Positions 63,761 through 64,000 of a DNA stretch of 64,000 nucleotides are shown piece after piece (the stretch's first letter is position 1; every line of letters begins with the position of its first letter). The translations under genes were made by a program, and so were the position numbers. Source of the stretch: Macrostomum lignano (lineage: Eukaryota); assembly GCA_002269645.1 (NCBI GenBank), contig NIVC01001817.1:62001-126000 (forward strand), read 5' to 3'. The notes beneath the pieces were generated by a model. That model saw only the letters and a list, made by a program, of their open reading frames with translations. It searched no databases and was not told where the DNA came from.

Positions 63761-64000
63761 CTGGACCGCTTAATTGACGCATTAGAAACTGTGGCAGAAC
63801 AGATGAAGCAACTTCATTTTGGCTGAGATATCGATGGCTGAATATACAGCGACTAGGGCATATTGGCTAGTTGTGTTGCCGATTGATGCGTGGAACATAT
63901 CCTCATACAGGACTGGACTCTCTTTTGACTCAAAATGGCTTGTTGAAGTAGTCTGAAAGCTGAGCTCTCCATCCAGCTTCAGCATCCAGCATCCCCACCT

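Noticed and set aside
63782-63985. 67-aa minus-strand ORF at the window end
   Set aside because: No recognisable domain; it may belong to a gene or TE beyond the window but cannot be supported here.

Overview
Eukaryotic animal genomic DNA, compact and gene-rich. By my approximate tally about 30 kb is tandem repeat. Gene content and architecture suggest a free-living flatworm such as Macrostomum (inference only). Manual exon reconstruction gives these genes: a 5-exon alpha-carbonic anhydrase (-); a run of six co-oriented + genes (CARHSP1-like, 7-exon TRAF7-like RING/Zn-finger/coiled-coil/WD40, GET1/WRB-like, ACMSD, MMAB, KIAA0930-like); a 3-exon SLC26 anion transporter (-); and a probably secreted PAN plus ALK/LTK-type glycine-rich protein (+). 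Mobile DNA comprises a decayed piggyBac, a Penelope-like remnant with a hammerhead ribozyme, a LINE 3' fragment and tRNA-like SINE heads. Nearly every intron and spacer holds its own distinct mini- or microsatellite, and most long ORFs in the supplied track are artefacts of these arrays. The most notable oddities are: an in-frame TGA at the conserved Arg of the MMAB NRLSD motif, next to a 12-bp coding repeat expansion; the operon-like gene run; a GC-AG intron; RFX X-box motifs at two gene starts; and a dispersed ~80-bp CCAAT-containing tandem repeat. No prokaryotic features or CRISPR arrays are supported.
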